Numbered from the whole stretch's first letter, positions 36,417-49,369 are shown. The stretch is 49,369 nt of DNA, filler included, from Jimgerdemannia flammicorona (GCA_003990765.1; 2 parts of 2 records of this genome joined end to end with filler, not necessarily neighbours in it); one strand, 5' to 3'. A program made the numbers and translations. Notes: a model not told the origin generated them from the letters alone.

Positions 36417-39400
36417 CTAGTAGTTCAAGAAATCATATTCCTGAACTAGGTCAGTAGTATTCTGGAGATTGGTCTTGAGTTCCCAGGTTGCATCATGGAT
36501 CAGGTAACCTTTCCATTTGACAAGGTACTCAGGGTGGCTCTTGTTGCCATGTTTATTGAGGATTTGTTCAACTTCGTACTCTTCTTGATCATTAATAATG
36601 ACAGGTGCAGGTGGTTTGGTTGTCTGATTTGGAAATAGCTCATCATCATTCTTATTATATCGCTTGAGACGTTGAATATTAAAGACTGGGTGAATCTTAA
36701 TGGTGTCCAGTAGCACCAATTTGTAGGAGGTTGGAGAGACTTGTACAATGACTTCAAATGGTCCAATGAACTTGCTGTTCAGCTTTGTAGATGGTCTGTG
36801 CTTGAGGTTGTCAACTCGGTAACCTCTGATGTCCAGTAGAACTTTTTCTCCAATATCAAAGGTTTCTTCTCAGTGGTGTTAGTTAACATACTGTGACTGT
36901 TGTTCTTGAGCTTATGATAAATTCTCGATGGCAATCTGGCTTAGATTGTATATTTGAAGTAAGAATTCTTCAACAGCTTTGACTGTAGAGGGTTCTTCAG
37001 TTATTCGGATAAGTATCAAAGGGGTGTTTGGGTTTTGTTCAGTGTTGGCAAAGAATGGGGTCATTCCGAGATAGGCTTGCTTGCTATTGTTATAGACAAA
37101 CTCAACTGTGGTGAGGTGTTCATGCCAGTCCTCTTGTCTGTAGGAAACATAGTTCCTTAGCATTTGTTCCAGAGTTCGGTTCATTCTTTCAGTTTGGCCA
37201 TTAGTTTCTGGGTGAAAGGCTGTGGATAGTGCAAGTTTTGTTCCAAGGTGTGTATGGAGGGCTTTCCAAAAATTGCTGGTGAATTTTGAGTCTTGGTCAC
37301 TAATGATGATCTTGGGAAGACCATGGTAGTGGAAGATGTTGTCAAACAAGAGTGTGGCTATGTCTGGTGCTGTTGCAGTAGTGGTAGTAGGCACAAAGTG
37401 AGCTTGTTTGCTGAGATAGTCCACAAAGATAACAATTGCATCTTTTCTGTTCTTAGTTTGGGGTAGTTATACAATGAAGTCTATAGAGATTTGTTCCCAA
37501 TTCGCAGATAGTACTGGAATAGAGTGAAGTAAGCCAGGTTTTGCTAGTGTTGAGGACTTGTTTCATTGGCAGGCATTACAGAAAGTGATATAGGTTTTGA
37601 GCTAATCTGCCATGCAGGGCCAGTAGAAGTTTCAGGAGATAACTTTGTAACATTTATCAAATCCTAAATGTTCAGCTATAGGGGCATCATGACATTCAAA
37701 TAGGATAGTCCTTCGGAGGTCTCAGTTGTTTGGGACATACAGTCTGTCTTTGTAGTAGATAGCATTGTCCTTCAGTTGGTATTGATGATACTGTGTATGC
37801 TTGTCAGCATTATTACTATTCAGGATTTCTTGCAGTGCTTGAGCTTCCTTATCATCGGCACATGCTGTGATAATTTGTTCCATGATGGAGTTTGTAACCA
37901 AGGTGAGAGTTTGGATAACCTCTTCAATTGGTGGTCTGGAGATTGCATTGGCAATAATATTTTTCTTGTCAGGGTGGTACTGAATTTCATAGTCAAAGTT
38001 GGTGAGGACTTTCATCCATCTAGCTTGCCTTCAAGAAAGGGTAGCCTGTGTCTTGATATTGACTAATAACTTGTGGTCAGTCAATATAGTAAAGTGTGCT
38101 CCTTCTAGATATGGTTGCCATTTGATCAGAGTGTCTACGATGGCTAGCATTTCCTTCTCGTGGGTTGCATAGTTAATTTCAGCATCATTGAACTTGTGGG
38201 AGTGATAGGCCACAGGGTGTCCTTCTTGCATGAGTACTGCTCCAAGAGCTAGGTTAGAGGCATCAGTAGTAACTTTATATGGCAGTGCAGGGTTTGCCAC
38301 TTGAAGTACTGGAGTGGTTATCAGAGCATCCTTTAGTGCTTGAAAGGCAGTATCTTGCTCAGGTCCCCAAGTTATAAGATTGTTGAAGTCTTTCTCTTAT
38401 TTTATGGTCCAGGGTTGTTCTTATTTCTTGCTATGCTTGGTCATTTGGGTGAGGGCAGTAATGATTTTAGCAAAGTTGGCAACAAATCACCTGTAATAGT
38501 TTGCTAATTCCAGGAATGACTAGAGGTCTTTCAGCTTCTTGGGTCTGGGCCAATCTTTGATTGTGGAGATTTTGCTGGGGTCCACTTTGATTCCATTTGG
38601 AGTGACAATGTGTCCAAGGAATTGAATTTCTTTCAGAAGAAATTCGCACTTACTGAGTTTTGCAAAGAGTTGGTTTTCTCAGAGTTTCAGTAGTACTAGT
38701 TCAAGGTGTTCAAGATATTCCTCCAGGGTTTTGCTGAAGACTAGGATGTCATCAATGTAGACAATAACGAATTTGTCTAGATATGGATGCAGAATGGTAT
38801 TCATCAGTATCTGGAAGGTTGCTGGAGCATTAGTTAAGCTAAAGGGCATAACCAGGAACTCAAAGTGTCCATAGCGAGTTCAGAAAGCTGTCTTGTAGAT
38901 GTCTTCTTCTTTTATAGCAATTTACCAATAGCCATTTCACAGATCAAAAGAGCTCATGAATTGTGGGTTGATAAGTCTATCAAATATTTCATCAATCCTT
39001 GGTAGTGGGCAACAGTTCTTGATAGTCTGTTCATTGAGATCATGGTAGTCAATGCACATTTGCAGGTCTCCTCCTTTTTTGACAACAAAGAGGACTGGTG
39101 TGCCATAGGGTGATGCACTGGGTCTGATGAATCCTTATTCTAGGAGTTTGTCAATTTCTTTCTTGAGTGCATTGATTTCTCTCGGAGACATATGGTAGAT
39201 TGACTTGAAGGCTGGTTTGGCATCTGGGATAGTCTTGATGGCATAGTCTACTGCTCATTTAAGAGGTAGGCCTTTTGGAAGTTTCTTTGGGAATATGTCT
39301 CGAAATTTCTGGAGTAGTGGTCTGATATGGCTGTCAACTTTGGAAAAATCTTCTTCAGAGTTCTCAGGTTCTCCTTTGGATGGGCAGATGGAGATGGTGA

Positions 39401-42215
39401 AGAGAGGGCATTTCTTGGCCAATTTCTTAAGTTGTAGCTTGTTGATGTGGGTGATCTTTGGTCCAGGGTCACTAGAATTAAGTGGGTCCTTTTCGCCTTA
39501 CAGTTTGAAGTTGTGGTGTCCTTTCTTGATGGTCAGAGAATGGTTTACCCAATCGATCATAGGGTTCTCTTGTTTTAACCATGGAGTCCCAAGGATGATT
39601 TCATTGTCAGGAAGTGGTACGATTTGGAGGGTAACATGTACTCAGTAGTCACCAATTCAGAAGGGTAGATTGCAGACTTCTTTGCTAATAACATGTGAGG
39701 TTCCATCAGCTATAGCAACTGCTTGAGTTTGCTGTACTAAAGAGGTGAAGACCTTGAGTCTGTTGACTGTCTCTTCATTGATAAAGTTGCCTGAGGCACC
39801 ACTGTCTATCATAATCTTGACAGGTGCTCGATTGACAAAAGCCTTAAGTGTGAGCAGTTTGTCTGATCCAATGGTGGTTATTTCGGTTGTAGGAGCTTTC
39901 CTTCTATTGGTTCTTCTTTGTGCCAGTTCATTGACACAAGAGAAGCAATCATCAATCATTTGGGAAGAGTACATTCCAATGCTATGAGGGCATTGGCCAC
40001 TTGGTATATATCTATCTTCAATCTTCTTATAGAATTGTTCTTCTTTGCTTATGGTAGGTTGGGCTGGGGCCTTGTTTGATGAGCCAAATCCTTTGAATCC
40101 TCGGATGGTGGGCAGTAGTTCAGGGACTTCCTTGACTGTCAGGGTTGACTCGATTTTTTCGAATAGGATCTGGGCAATGCAGAAACCAATAGGGATCTTG
40201 AAGGGTGTCCAACTGTGGTTTTAGATGAGGACAATAATTTCACCTGTGTAATCCTTGTCAATAACTCCTCCTTCTACTGAGAATTCTTTCAATGCTAGGC
40301 TGCTATGACAGCATATTCTTCCAACATGTCCTTCAGAGATTTAGATACTGATTCCTATGTAGACTTATTTGACTTCTCAGTTGGAAACTATAGCTTCTTC
40401 GGCTGCATACAGGTCATATCCAGCTGCTTTCTGACTTCCTTTGGCTGGGGTCTTAGCAGTTTGTCTTAACTTAACAAAGTCCAGTGTTCTGGTGGTCAGG
40501 TTGTTGAGGTGGTGCAGAGTGGTAACAGTTGCTTGTGTTGCTGTTCAGGGTTTTCGGTTAGGGCAGGCACTGGCCATATGTCCTGTCTTTCGACAATAGA
40601 AGCATGCTCCGCTTCTTCAAAGTTCATTCCTTTCACCTTTGGTAAGTTTCTTGAAGGTACTTGGCTGGGTGGGTTCATAATTTCTGGGTATCCAAGAGGT
40701 GGATGTGGAGGGAGCTTGAGATGCTTCATACTTGGGTTCTTCTTTCTTGGTCCAAGTCTTTTTCTTGTTGTTGAATTGTCTTCGGGGCAGAATTGGTCCA
40801 GCTGTAGGATTCACTTGACTATAGTCTTGATTCTTACCAGACACTATTGTTGGTGATCACAACCAACTGGGCGGCCTTGTTCTCAGATTTTTCTAATAAG
40901 CCATTCAGACAGGGCATCGAATAAATGGTCTGCTCTTATACCATTTCATGCTTCATCATTGGCAATATATCCTAGGCTAACAGTGTTCAGGAGTGACTCG
41001 AGTTTTGTACAGAAGGTTTCAAATTCTTCTTTGTCATATATATCGAATTTGAGGTTGCGGAGTTTTACTCGGGATTCAGCGATCATGGTTTCGCTGCAGT
41101 ATTGGGCAATCATGAGTTGTTTGAGTCCAGGGGCTGCAGGATGGACTCCATATCCTGGGGCATTGTTTGCTGCATTCTGAGAAACTACTGCAGGTTGGAT
41201 ATCCCATGTGAGGGGTTTTTCAGGAAGGGTTCGCCACCATTCTTTGGCAGGTCCTTGGAAGAATGTAACAACTCAGTGGATATAGGCTGTAGTGGTAGCA
41301 AAGAGTTGTTCCAGAGTGTGGTCTTGATTGTTTATCAGAACACAGTCAGCAACTCGCTCATTAGTCCATTGATTGACTTCAAAGTTAGTGTCAACTATAC
41401 TAATAAAGCTTTGGACTTCTTGTGCAGTACCATTGAAGATAGGTAGGCTCAGATTTTTGATAGGTTGAGTCTGTTTAGCTAAGGCAGTAATGGTTGCTGC
41501 CATTATGGCTACCTAGGCTGTGAGGTCTAGAATCTGTTGGTTTACCATGTTGTTTACTGGAGGCAGTTGGACTGCTGGTAGTAGTGTTACTGGTACTACT
41601 TGAGGTACTAGTACAGAGTGTGATGGGGTTCTTTGAGTCTGTATAAGTTGCTGGAGTAGTAGTTGTGGGTCTGGAGTAAGGGCTTAATAGATAACTATTT
41701 GTTGCTGAGTAGGTATATTCTGTCCTGATGGAAGTACTTCTCCTTCGGTGGTATATCTGGGATCGAATTCAGTGAGATACTCCTCCTCCTCTTTAGTTTG
41801 GTCCCTGTGTAATTGGGTTTGCTCAGCATCAAAGTAGATGGAATCAGTTATATATCTGATTTCGGATGGACCTAATTCAAAGTCAAGTTCAGGTTCAGTA
41901 TTGGTTTTAGATTCAGGTAGGGCTGTAGCAGGGCCTTCTTCAGATTCAGGGTCAGGTAGTTGATGAAGGGTTTCTCTTGCTTCTTCTTAAGGATATGGCA
42001 GGCCTTGCTGTTCTGGAATCAGTAGTATAATGTGGTCTTGGTCCTGGTATAGTGAAAGTCGGTAGAGTTGAGCCACTTGGCTACAGAGGCTTGAGCTTTG
42101 TGAGGAACTAAGGCTAGAAAGACTGCTGCTGGTTGTCCTAGGTCGCTCGGATTTGTGGAGCTGACAAAACTCTTGTTGAGAAGAGTAAAGAAGGCTTCAA
42201 TAAGACTTTCTTCAT
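36417..42215 (-). pseudogene. Gag-Pol of B1 (start codon uncertain)
   Basis: Gag LPIFNG/AKEWW; CFYCRKTGHMASAC; PR IMIDSGASGNFI; RT VYIDD ~38750; RH TTDAS; IN SDQDSKF, FHPETNGQTER; chromodomain ~36417-36590. Confidence 0.93.
40075..40485 (-). pseudogene. dUTPase domain between Zn knuckle and protease (B1)
   Basis: Manual translation: AAGYDL, (H)SSLA, GGVIDKDYTGEI, IAQ, RGFKGFGSS; not in the ORF track because of stops. Confidence 0.92.
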
Positions 42216-42494
42216 CTTGACTTGCTGGGTGTAGTGCAAGGAGTTCGGTGAATAGGGTTTCGCCTATTTGCTAGTTTAATCAGAGTACTTCTTTCTTTGA
42301 ATGAAGTTTATCCCACTTGTTGCAGGTGTGGAGGTCAAATTGTCCTTGTACGTCAGGTTCAATTCTCTCCAGATTGTCAGATGGTTCAGGATAAATTCCA
42401 GTTCAGAGGTTGGGCTTTGTACCAACTTGTAGGAATTCTCAGAAGAGTTTGTAGTGGGGTGAGGAAGCGTCTTGAAGCAGAATTGGATTGTAAA

Positions 42495-42506
42495 CCACTA
42501 CTACCA
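42495..42506 (-). promoter_or_regulatory. primer-binding site of B1
   Basis: TGGTAGTAGTGG 3 nt after the LTR; compatible with a C>T-decayed tRNA-iMet type TGGTAGC (inference). Confidence 0.7.
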
Positions 42507-42509
42507 AGT

Positions 42510-44570
42510 TGTAAGAGGGTTGCTTTTTAGGGTAACTGTTATGTAGTTCTGGAAGGGTTTTCTGGAAGTTCTGGATATTCTGGAAGACCATTTTCTTATG
42601 GTCAAGATCAATTTCGTATGGAGTATATCCTCTACACTTATTGATTTCAAGATCAGGTTGACGTCTCAACTAAAGTCCTTTTTCGGACTAGTTCTGGATG
42701 TTCAGATTTTCCATATTTCAGAAAGTTCAAGAAACTAAGACCAGCTTAGTTGAATTGGCATATCGCTGCAGACAATACCTAATTAAGAAATTTCATAACA
42801 GGGTTAGGAGTGGGACCTAATAGGAAGTGGATTTACTTAAGAGTGGTTTGTGGGTTATTAAATAGGTTTATTTGCTATTCATGATATTGCTATACTAGGA
42901 GTAGTTGTGTAGAGGGATATTGTGGAGAAGTATTCAGGAATGTTCTTGTATATTCGAGTCTAAGATTCTGAGGTCTGGGGGAGGGGGTATTTATACTAGT
43001 GAGGGGCTATCTGGACTATGCTGAATATGGATGTAGCACCAAGTACCTTGCTGAGTCAGAATGCAGTCATATAGTATAAGTGTGATCTGACATGTCAAGA
43101 GATCGTCTGGCTGCTAAGTCAGTTCACAGTCATGTCGTACAAGACTAATCTAACTATACTATGACTGCTAGGCTATTTATGGGTTTAGGCACTGTCTGGG
43201 TTGTCCTCGATGACATCACCATCAATTGCATCATCTCTGATGAAGTAGTCATCTAGGAAGAGTGGTTTGTGGATTACTTCTCCTTATTCACTGAGGTAAT
43301 AATATATTGGAACTTCGTCTCTATCCCACAAGATGGCATCATCAGTCTCGTATACTGGATAAGGTGTTGATGGATGAAGGAGGGGTACATCATTTTCACT
43401 TTCATCAGATTTGCTGTCTGCATACCTTCTGTAGGTTACAGCACTATGAGTCACAGGGTTGTAGTAAGCTGGTGGCTGTGGTTCATGTTGCTCATATTCA
43501 GGTAGTAGAGTGGTTGGTTCAATCTCGAGGGTTGTCTGGAGGTATAGGTTGTATTCTCCAGTCTCTTCATTATAGTTGAAGTAATCAGGAGTAAATATGA
43601 GTTGGTATTCATGCCAGTGGTCATTGTCCCAATAAGTCTCGTATGCTGTTATGAATTGTTGTAAGTTCATCAGTAAGATTGGTGGTGTGATCAGGGTTGG
43701 CAGAGATCCTTGGCTAGAGGTCATGTTGGCATCAGAGAAATCATTGTCTTCTGCTTTATCTTCATCGAAGTGGATTATATCATAGATGTCCTTCATGGCA
43801 TATCCAACTTGGGGCATTTGCAGGATATGATCATTGAGGTGTGGGAAGGTTCTATCTGTGGTTTCGACATACTCGAGGTACTTGTGGTCGAGTTCTTGTA
43901 TCATGTCATCAATTTGGCCATAGGACAGGGTAGCAACCATTTCGGCTGTGGTAACTCGGAGGCGGGGAATAATGGTGCTATACTCATAGAAGAGTTCTCG
44001 ATGTTTGCAGGTGATGAGCTTCTGGTGTTGAGACATCTAGGTAATGTCTGTATCATGGTGGTATTTGATCATGTCTTCCAGGAGACAGTTGATCTGGTAG
44101 TAGCTTGAGATTTGTCCAATTCAGTGGGCCTTGCTAAGTATGTTCAGAGCATTCCATCAGGCTTCCATGAAGTAGAGGGGTGCTAGGCTATGGATATTCA
44201 TGAGGGGCAGAGGGGGTGTGGCTCTATTGACAATGGTATTTCAAATATCAGTGCGGATATAGGTATAGATCTCGGTGGTCATGTTTGTATAATTAGAAGT
44301 TGTGGTTGTTATTTGTTTTGGTTCTCTGATTCAATGCATCTTGGTACTCAGTATATATGCATTTGATCCTGATTGGTAAGATTCTGTTTATGTAAATTTT
44401 GTGTTCTGTAACTTCGTATTGACTCAGCTTTGTGTGCTGTGACTTCGGTTTGACTCAGCTTCATGATCAAGCAGGTGATTTCCAGATTTGTTCAGAGGTC
44501 GCATGTGATTTCAGTGGCTTGTTCAGAGGGTGACATGTAATTTCAGTGGCTTGGAGGTTGTACACTTACA
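42510..44570 (-). repeat. 5' LTR of B1 (2061 bp)
   Basis: Colinear with 33926-35990. Confidence 0.95.
43185..44282 (-). pseudogene. U3 ORF copy in the B1 5' LTR
   Basis: Same 1098-nt length as the 3' LTR copy; 250-aa open segment. Confidence 0.82.
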
Positions 44571-47500
44571 TGTGCAGTATTGCTGAAGATGATCACATTA
44601 TCAATATAGACAAAGAGCCATTTTCCAATCTCATTGCTGAAGACTTTATTCATCATTCACTGGAAACTTGCTGGGGCATTGCATATTCCAAATGGTATTC
44701 GCAGATAGATATAGGTGGCATCAGGTGTGATGAAGGCTAATTTCTCACTGGTATCTTGAGTGAGACCAATCTGATGGAAGCCTGAGAACAGATCCAAGGT
44801 GGTGTAGTATTTGGCTTCACTTCCAAGAGTGGTAAGGATTTCTTGAATATTCAGCAAGGGCTGCCTATCCTTCTTGGTGATGGCATTGAGTTTCCTGTAG
44901 TCAATACAGAGTCTTGGTGCAAACTCTCTAGGCTTGCTTTCTTTCTTTGGAGCAAGGACAATAGGTGAGGCCCAGGGGCTGATAGCTTGCTTGATGATTC
45001 TGGCTTCTTCCATTTCCTTGAGTTTGGCTCACAGCCACTCTCTGTAGGCAGGTGGTATGGGTCTGGCTTTGTGGTAGATAGGCTTAGTATCACCAGTGTC
45101 AACTTCGTGATAGTACTTGGGTTCTTGATTGTGGATATCCCTAAAGTCTGTAGCAAGTACTCCTTCATTCTGATACAGGATCTTGAGAAGTTGTTCCTCC
45201 AGGGGAAAGTTTTCTCCAATAGTATATATGTGCTTGTTCTGGTCCTTATCTTTCTTGTGCTCAAGTTCAGTAATCTTAGTGGTGGCATAGGCTCCTCTTC
45301 CAGTAGATCCAAAGCCTTGTTCTCCTCTCTTGGTCTTGATAAGTTCAGTGGCTTCTATAATCTTGGGCTTCTTGATTTCATGGATCAGCATCTGGCCAAT
45401 CCTGTCATGCTTCTTGACTTCAAAGGGGGTGGTGTGGTTGTGATTTCTGACTATGAGAAAAATCTCGCCAGTGTAATTAGGGTAAATTACTCCTCCTTTA
45501 ACTGAGTTTTCGCTTTTGGCCAGACTGCTTCTGGTCTTGATAATTCTGACATGGTTTTCTGGTAACTTGACTCCAATTCCAGTGCCAAGTAGGGTAGTGG
45601 TCTGTGGTTTGAGGGTAGCATCTTGGATGCTGGCAAGGTCCATTCCTATGGCTCCTTCAGTCTTGTATTCTGGGATCTTGGCTTCAGGGTGAAACTTCTT
45701 GACCTTGAGGGTGATGTCTGATTCTTGTTCCTCCTTGTCATTACTGTCAGCTTGAAGCTCTGGGGGCTAGTCATCTTCTTCAGCTTTCCTTTTTGCTTTG
45801 GCAGCTTCTTGCTCGTGTTTCTGTTGGTGGATTTTCCTGACTTCGCTGATACAGGACCAGCAGTTATTCAGGTGTTTGGAGCAGTACATTCTAGTACCAT
45901 GGGGGCATCTTCCTTGAGGGGCATACCCATCAATGATCTTGTTATACCACTGCTCATCTGTGAGCTTGTGTGTCTTGTTCTTGTTCTTGTTCACTGAGTG
46001 CATGAAGACCTCTGTGTCTTCTTCATCTCCTTCCTCTATATCTGGCAGGACTCCTTTATGGATATTGATAGAAACTCATATCTTTCTTCCTCTGTAGTTG
46101 ATCTGCATTTTCTGGGCATTGAGGTCAATGATGGCCTTGGCCTTGTAAAGCCATTGGTTGCCAATGAGGATGTTATAGTTGGTGGTACTTGTAACAATCA
46201 CATCTACTGGGATGGTAGCTCCTCCTATCTTGATGGGGACTTCTCAGATTTTGCCAAGGGGGGTAGCTTGTATACCATCTGCTGTGATATAGACCATCTT
46301 GGTGGACTCTTCAATGTCCCAACCTAGGCAGTCAATTGCCTTCTTGCTCATAAGGCATCCTCCAGCACTAGTATCAATGATGGCATCAAAGATACAGTCT
46401 TCAATCTGGCAGGGGGTATAGGCTGATGTCTTGCACTGGTCTTTGAATTCTTCACCTGAGTTCTCAGATTCTTCTTGTGCATTGTGAGCTTCTATGATCT
46501 TGTACTCTTGATTCTTGGTAGTAGTTGCAAGTCCTACTCTCAACTGCTATCTGAAGGTAGGGACTTCAGCTAGCTGCCCAAAAGTGGCATTGATCTTCTG
46601 TTCCTTAAGGTCCTTGTAGATGTCATACTGGTGGATCTTGGTCTTGTACAGCTTCTGTTCCTTCTTGCTCTCACTTTCTCCTGAGACTGGAGTAGTGCCT
46701 TTGATAATTTGGTGGGTAGCTTCATCTAACTCCATGTCTTGATCAATCTCCTCAGGTTGGGTCTTGCTTTGAATAGTGATGGCTGGGGTCTTCTTTGGTC
46801 TTCCAACTGGCTTGCTGTTGCTCTTCTTGTCATAGGGCTTGGACTGGGTTCTGGTACCTTCAGTAACAGGGTAGAATTCGAGCTCCTCATAGTATTCTTC
46901 ATCATCAGTGTCACCAATCTCCTCAATGACTACTGTATTGGTTTGTTCTCTAGTTCTGCTAGCATTGCTTGGTTGGGCTTTACATCTTGTTTTGGTCATG
47001 CAACTCTTTGCATAGTGGCCTTCTTCTCCACATCTGAAGCATGTGATATTGTATTCTTCTATAGCAGCTGCAAATCTCTGCACTGGTCTCCTGTTGGCGC
47101 TTCAGACTTCTCTAACAACATCACCAAGGTGTATAGTCATCTTGGCAAACTGCTTGGCAAGTTCTTCCACTGGGTCAGCTTTGGCTATCTTGGGGGTAGG
47201 TGGGGTTGGTTGTCTGTTTATAACTGTGACAGGTAAGATACTAGTTAGCTTTGATAGCTCCATCTTAATGTCAGTTATTTTCTCCATTGAGTGTTTGGCA
47301 GGGTGTCAGGCAGTCCAATATCTCTATACAAAGACCACTTTCTGATCAAGGGTCAGTGCAGCTGGGGTAGACCAGATTGCTAGGGCAATTTCAGGGTGAA
47401 CTCCTTTGAGGAAGGTTGAATCTGCTATTTGTTCCTTAAGGGCATCATCATAGTCAGCCAAGACAATCTGGTGGCAGATTCAGGTATAGAATGAGTTGGG

Positions 47501-47803
47501 ATCTTCACTAAGTCCCTGGCAGATAGTATTGAGTTGATCCTTGAGAGCTTGCTTGATCTCTTCAGTATAATATGTTATTCTGAGGAAGACCTTCATGTTG
47601 GCAAGTTTGACTGCATCAGTACCAGCAATGGTGGCTACATTGAACTTGTCTCTGGCAGGTCCTCTGAGGCTGACTGGTAGAAGGGCCAATTAAGCATCTA
47701 CACTAAGAGCTTGTATGGCAGTGAATTGTTCAAAGTCTTCAATAAAGGTCAGAATTGACTCTTCAGTAGTATATCCATAGAATGTGGGGAGATGTATTTC
47801 CAT
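44571..47803 (-). pseudogene. Gag-PR-dUTPase-RT(N) of A2, single frame
   Basis: ORF-track pieces 47689, 47083, 46543, 46003, 45643 and 45013 share one frame; CFRCGEEGHYAKSC; IIDTSAGG; dUTPase ~45290-45720 with RGEQGFGSTG; LCIDYRKLN. Confidence 0.93.
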
Positions 47804-47923
47804 CTTATCTTGAATTCTTACAGGGGTGACTCTTGTAGTCAGGGTAGTTGTTGTGGGGGTTGTTTGTTTTTCAGCTTGAAAGTGAGAGATTTACCTTGAA
47901 TCACCAGCCAATGGGTACCAAGT

Positions 47924-49361
47924 TGTCATGTAGTAGTCACTGAGTCCTTCAAATATACCAGATTCTCTTCAAGGTGTATCTCTTAGACTAACTCAAGTTT
48001 GTTATAAGCAAGTTCTTATTGGAGTGCCTTCCCAAGGTCTTATAGTCCTCAAACTTCTTATCTTTAACTGTCTTGTTATCTCTTAGATTGCTTGCAAGAA
48101 AGTGTGTATATTGCACTGACTTTATTTCAGAGAAAAAAAGAGAGGTATTTATACAAAATATAATTCAATGGTTGTTAAGATATAAAGCTAAATATAAATT
48201 CCAATAACTAAAACTACTAAGTTCCAGAGTTAGTACTGACAGTTGTACAGGTTCAGGATGCTGGCATTATTTAGTATTACATCAAAATGCCAGTGCTGGA
48301 ACAATTTTATATCACCTCAGAATACTGGTGTTGGCATTATCCAGTGTTATACATATGAGAATACTAGTGCTGGCATTATCCAGTATAACACAGAACTCAG
48401 AGCAGAAAGTTTAGGACCATGTGAGCTTCATCCTTGTCATCATCATCACTGAAGGAGATGAGATCTATGAATTCATCATTTTCATGTGCTTTGTTATACA
48501 TCTCGCATATGTCGATGTCACATGGGATGACATCATTGCCGATGACATCATCACATTCAGCTATGGTGAGAAAATCAGAAATAAGATCTGAAGCTCTCTA
48601 GTCTATGAGATTCTCTTTCACAAAATAGGAAACAAATGTAGGGTCTTGGGGAGGTCTAACCTGGATGCTTGGGCCTTGAAATACTGAGATCAATTCTTGC
48701 AGGAATTGGTCTGGGTTGTCCTGAAGGATAGGATGCCAGAAGTCTTCTACTTCTTTGCTGTTGAGAGTGATAGTGGACTGGACTTCTGTAGCCACCCTGG
48801 CATCTAGTGCATTGATATGGCAGGATAATAGATCTCTGAAGTCTGAGACTCTAACATACTCCAAGTTGGGGATTGACTATGGTGCATGTCTGAAGATCTG
48901 ATGGATCTTCTTAGCTGTCCTTGTTTCACATATATCCATGGGAGTGGCATCTTGTAGCTCTTGGGTGCTGGCTTGTGGGAACTCCCAGCAGAGGAGGTTT
49001 CTTATTTTGTACTCCTACCACATTTGGAGGCATTCGGTAGCAATGGTGATCCTTGTTTCCATTTTATGGCAGTAGAGAATGAAGTGATAAGGGTCTGCAG
49101 TACCCAGGTTGACACTAGGAGTCCTTCTTGAGCAGGTCCTCATAGCTCTTCTGATGTCTTGGAACATCCTTTCCTTGACCGAGATACCTTAGTGATTCCT
49201 TGACCTTGAGGTTTGGTATGCAGCAGGCATTTTATTTATGGTAAGTCTTTGAGCTATTTTGGAATTGGTGGTTCTTATTGGTTGCTGCTACTGCAGTTCC
49301 TTGATCCTTCTTTTATATTCTTCAGAATGCTTGTACTGTGGTCACAATGACTCACAGTTGG
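47924..49361 (-). repeat. 5' LTR of A2, cut near the window end by a T-run
   Basis: Ends CTACATGACA followed by ACT-TGGTACCCATTGGCTGG (PBS 47904-47920). Confidence 0.92.
48397..49230 (-). pseudogene. U3 ORF in the A2 5' LTR (278 codons)
   Basis: ATG 49230 to TGA 48397 in one frame, a few premature stops. Confidence 0.78.
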
Positions 49362-49369
49362 TTTTTTTT

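Larger units (their letters stand above)
33926..44570 (-). mobile_element. full-length chromoviral Ty3/Gypsy element B1 (gag-dUTPase-PR-RT-RH-IN-chromodomain)
   Basis: Paired 2.06-kb LTRs, perfect 5-bp TSD TGTGC (33921-33925 and 44571-44575), PBS, PPT. Confidence 0.97.
30611..49361 (-). mobile_element. family A copy 2, split by element B1; both LTRs incomplete
   Basis: Colinear with A1; RT reads through (FSNTA|QEHVNHI) when 33926-44575 is removed. Confidence 0.95.

Noticed and set aside
36032..36436. Possible 135-codon extra ORF between chromodomain and PPT in B1
   Set aside because: Eight in-frame stops, about what AT-rich non-coding DNA gives; two are shared with B2 and most of the region is absent from B2
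42495..42506. Tf1-type self-priming PBS in chromovirus B
   Set aside because: No complementary sequence seen by eye downstream of the LTR TATA; the TGG start fits tRNA priming better

Overview
Eukaryotic, probably fungal, transposon graveyard with no intact host gene, RNA gene or CRISPR array. The fungal call is inferred from an intron-containing hAT transposase, a chromovirus and pervasive C>T/G>A decay. Two contigs are joined by an N-gap with an artificial linker (24638-24737). Contents: (1) Ty3/Gypsy family A, with ~1.5-kb LTRs: a full copy at 1909-10737 (+), a solo LTR at 17978-19469, and a minus-strand copy at ~30611-49361. (2) A diverged short-LTR relative, C (10987-16843). (3) Chromoviral family B, with ~2.06-kb LTRs: a full copy at 33926-44570 nested in the RT of A with TSD TGTGC, and a fragment at 22376-24486. 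(4) hAT DNA transposons and two L1/Tx1-like LINEs. Most notable: families A and B each encode a 270-365-codon ORF inside the U3 of their LTRs, and the two proteins share a gap-free core motif. Both families also carry a dUTPase, at different polyprotein positions, next to the same CPH-x12-CxxC module. In A and C the integrase is a separate ORF overlapping the RNase H stop (ATGAATAA). All calls are by manual reading; no searches were run.
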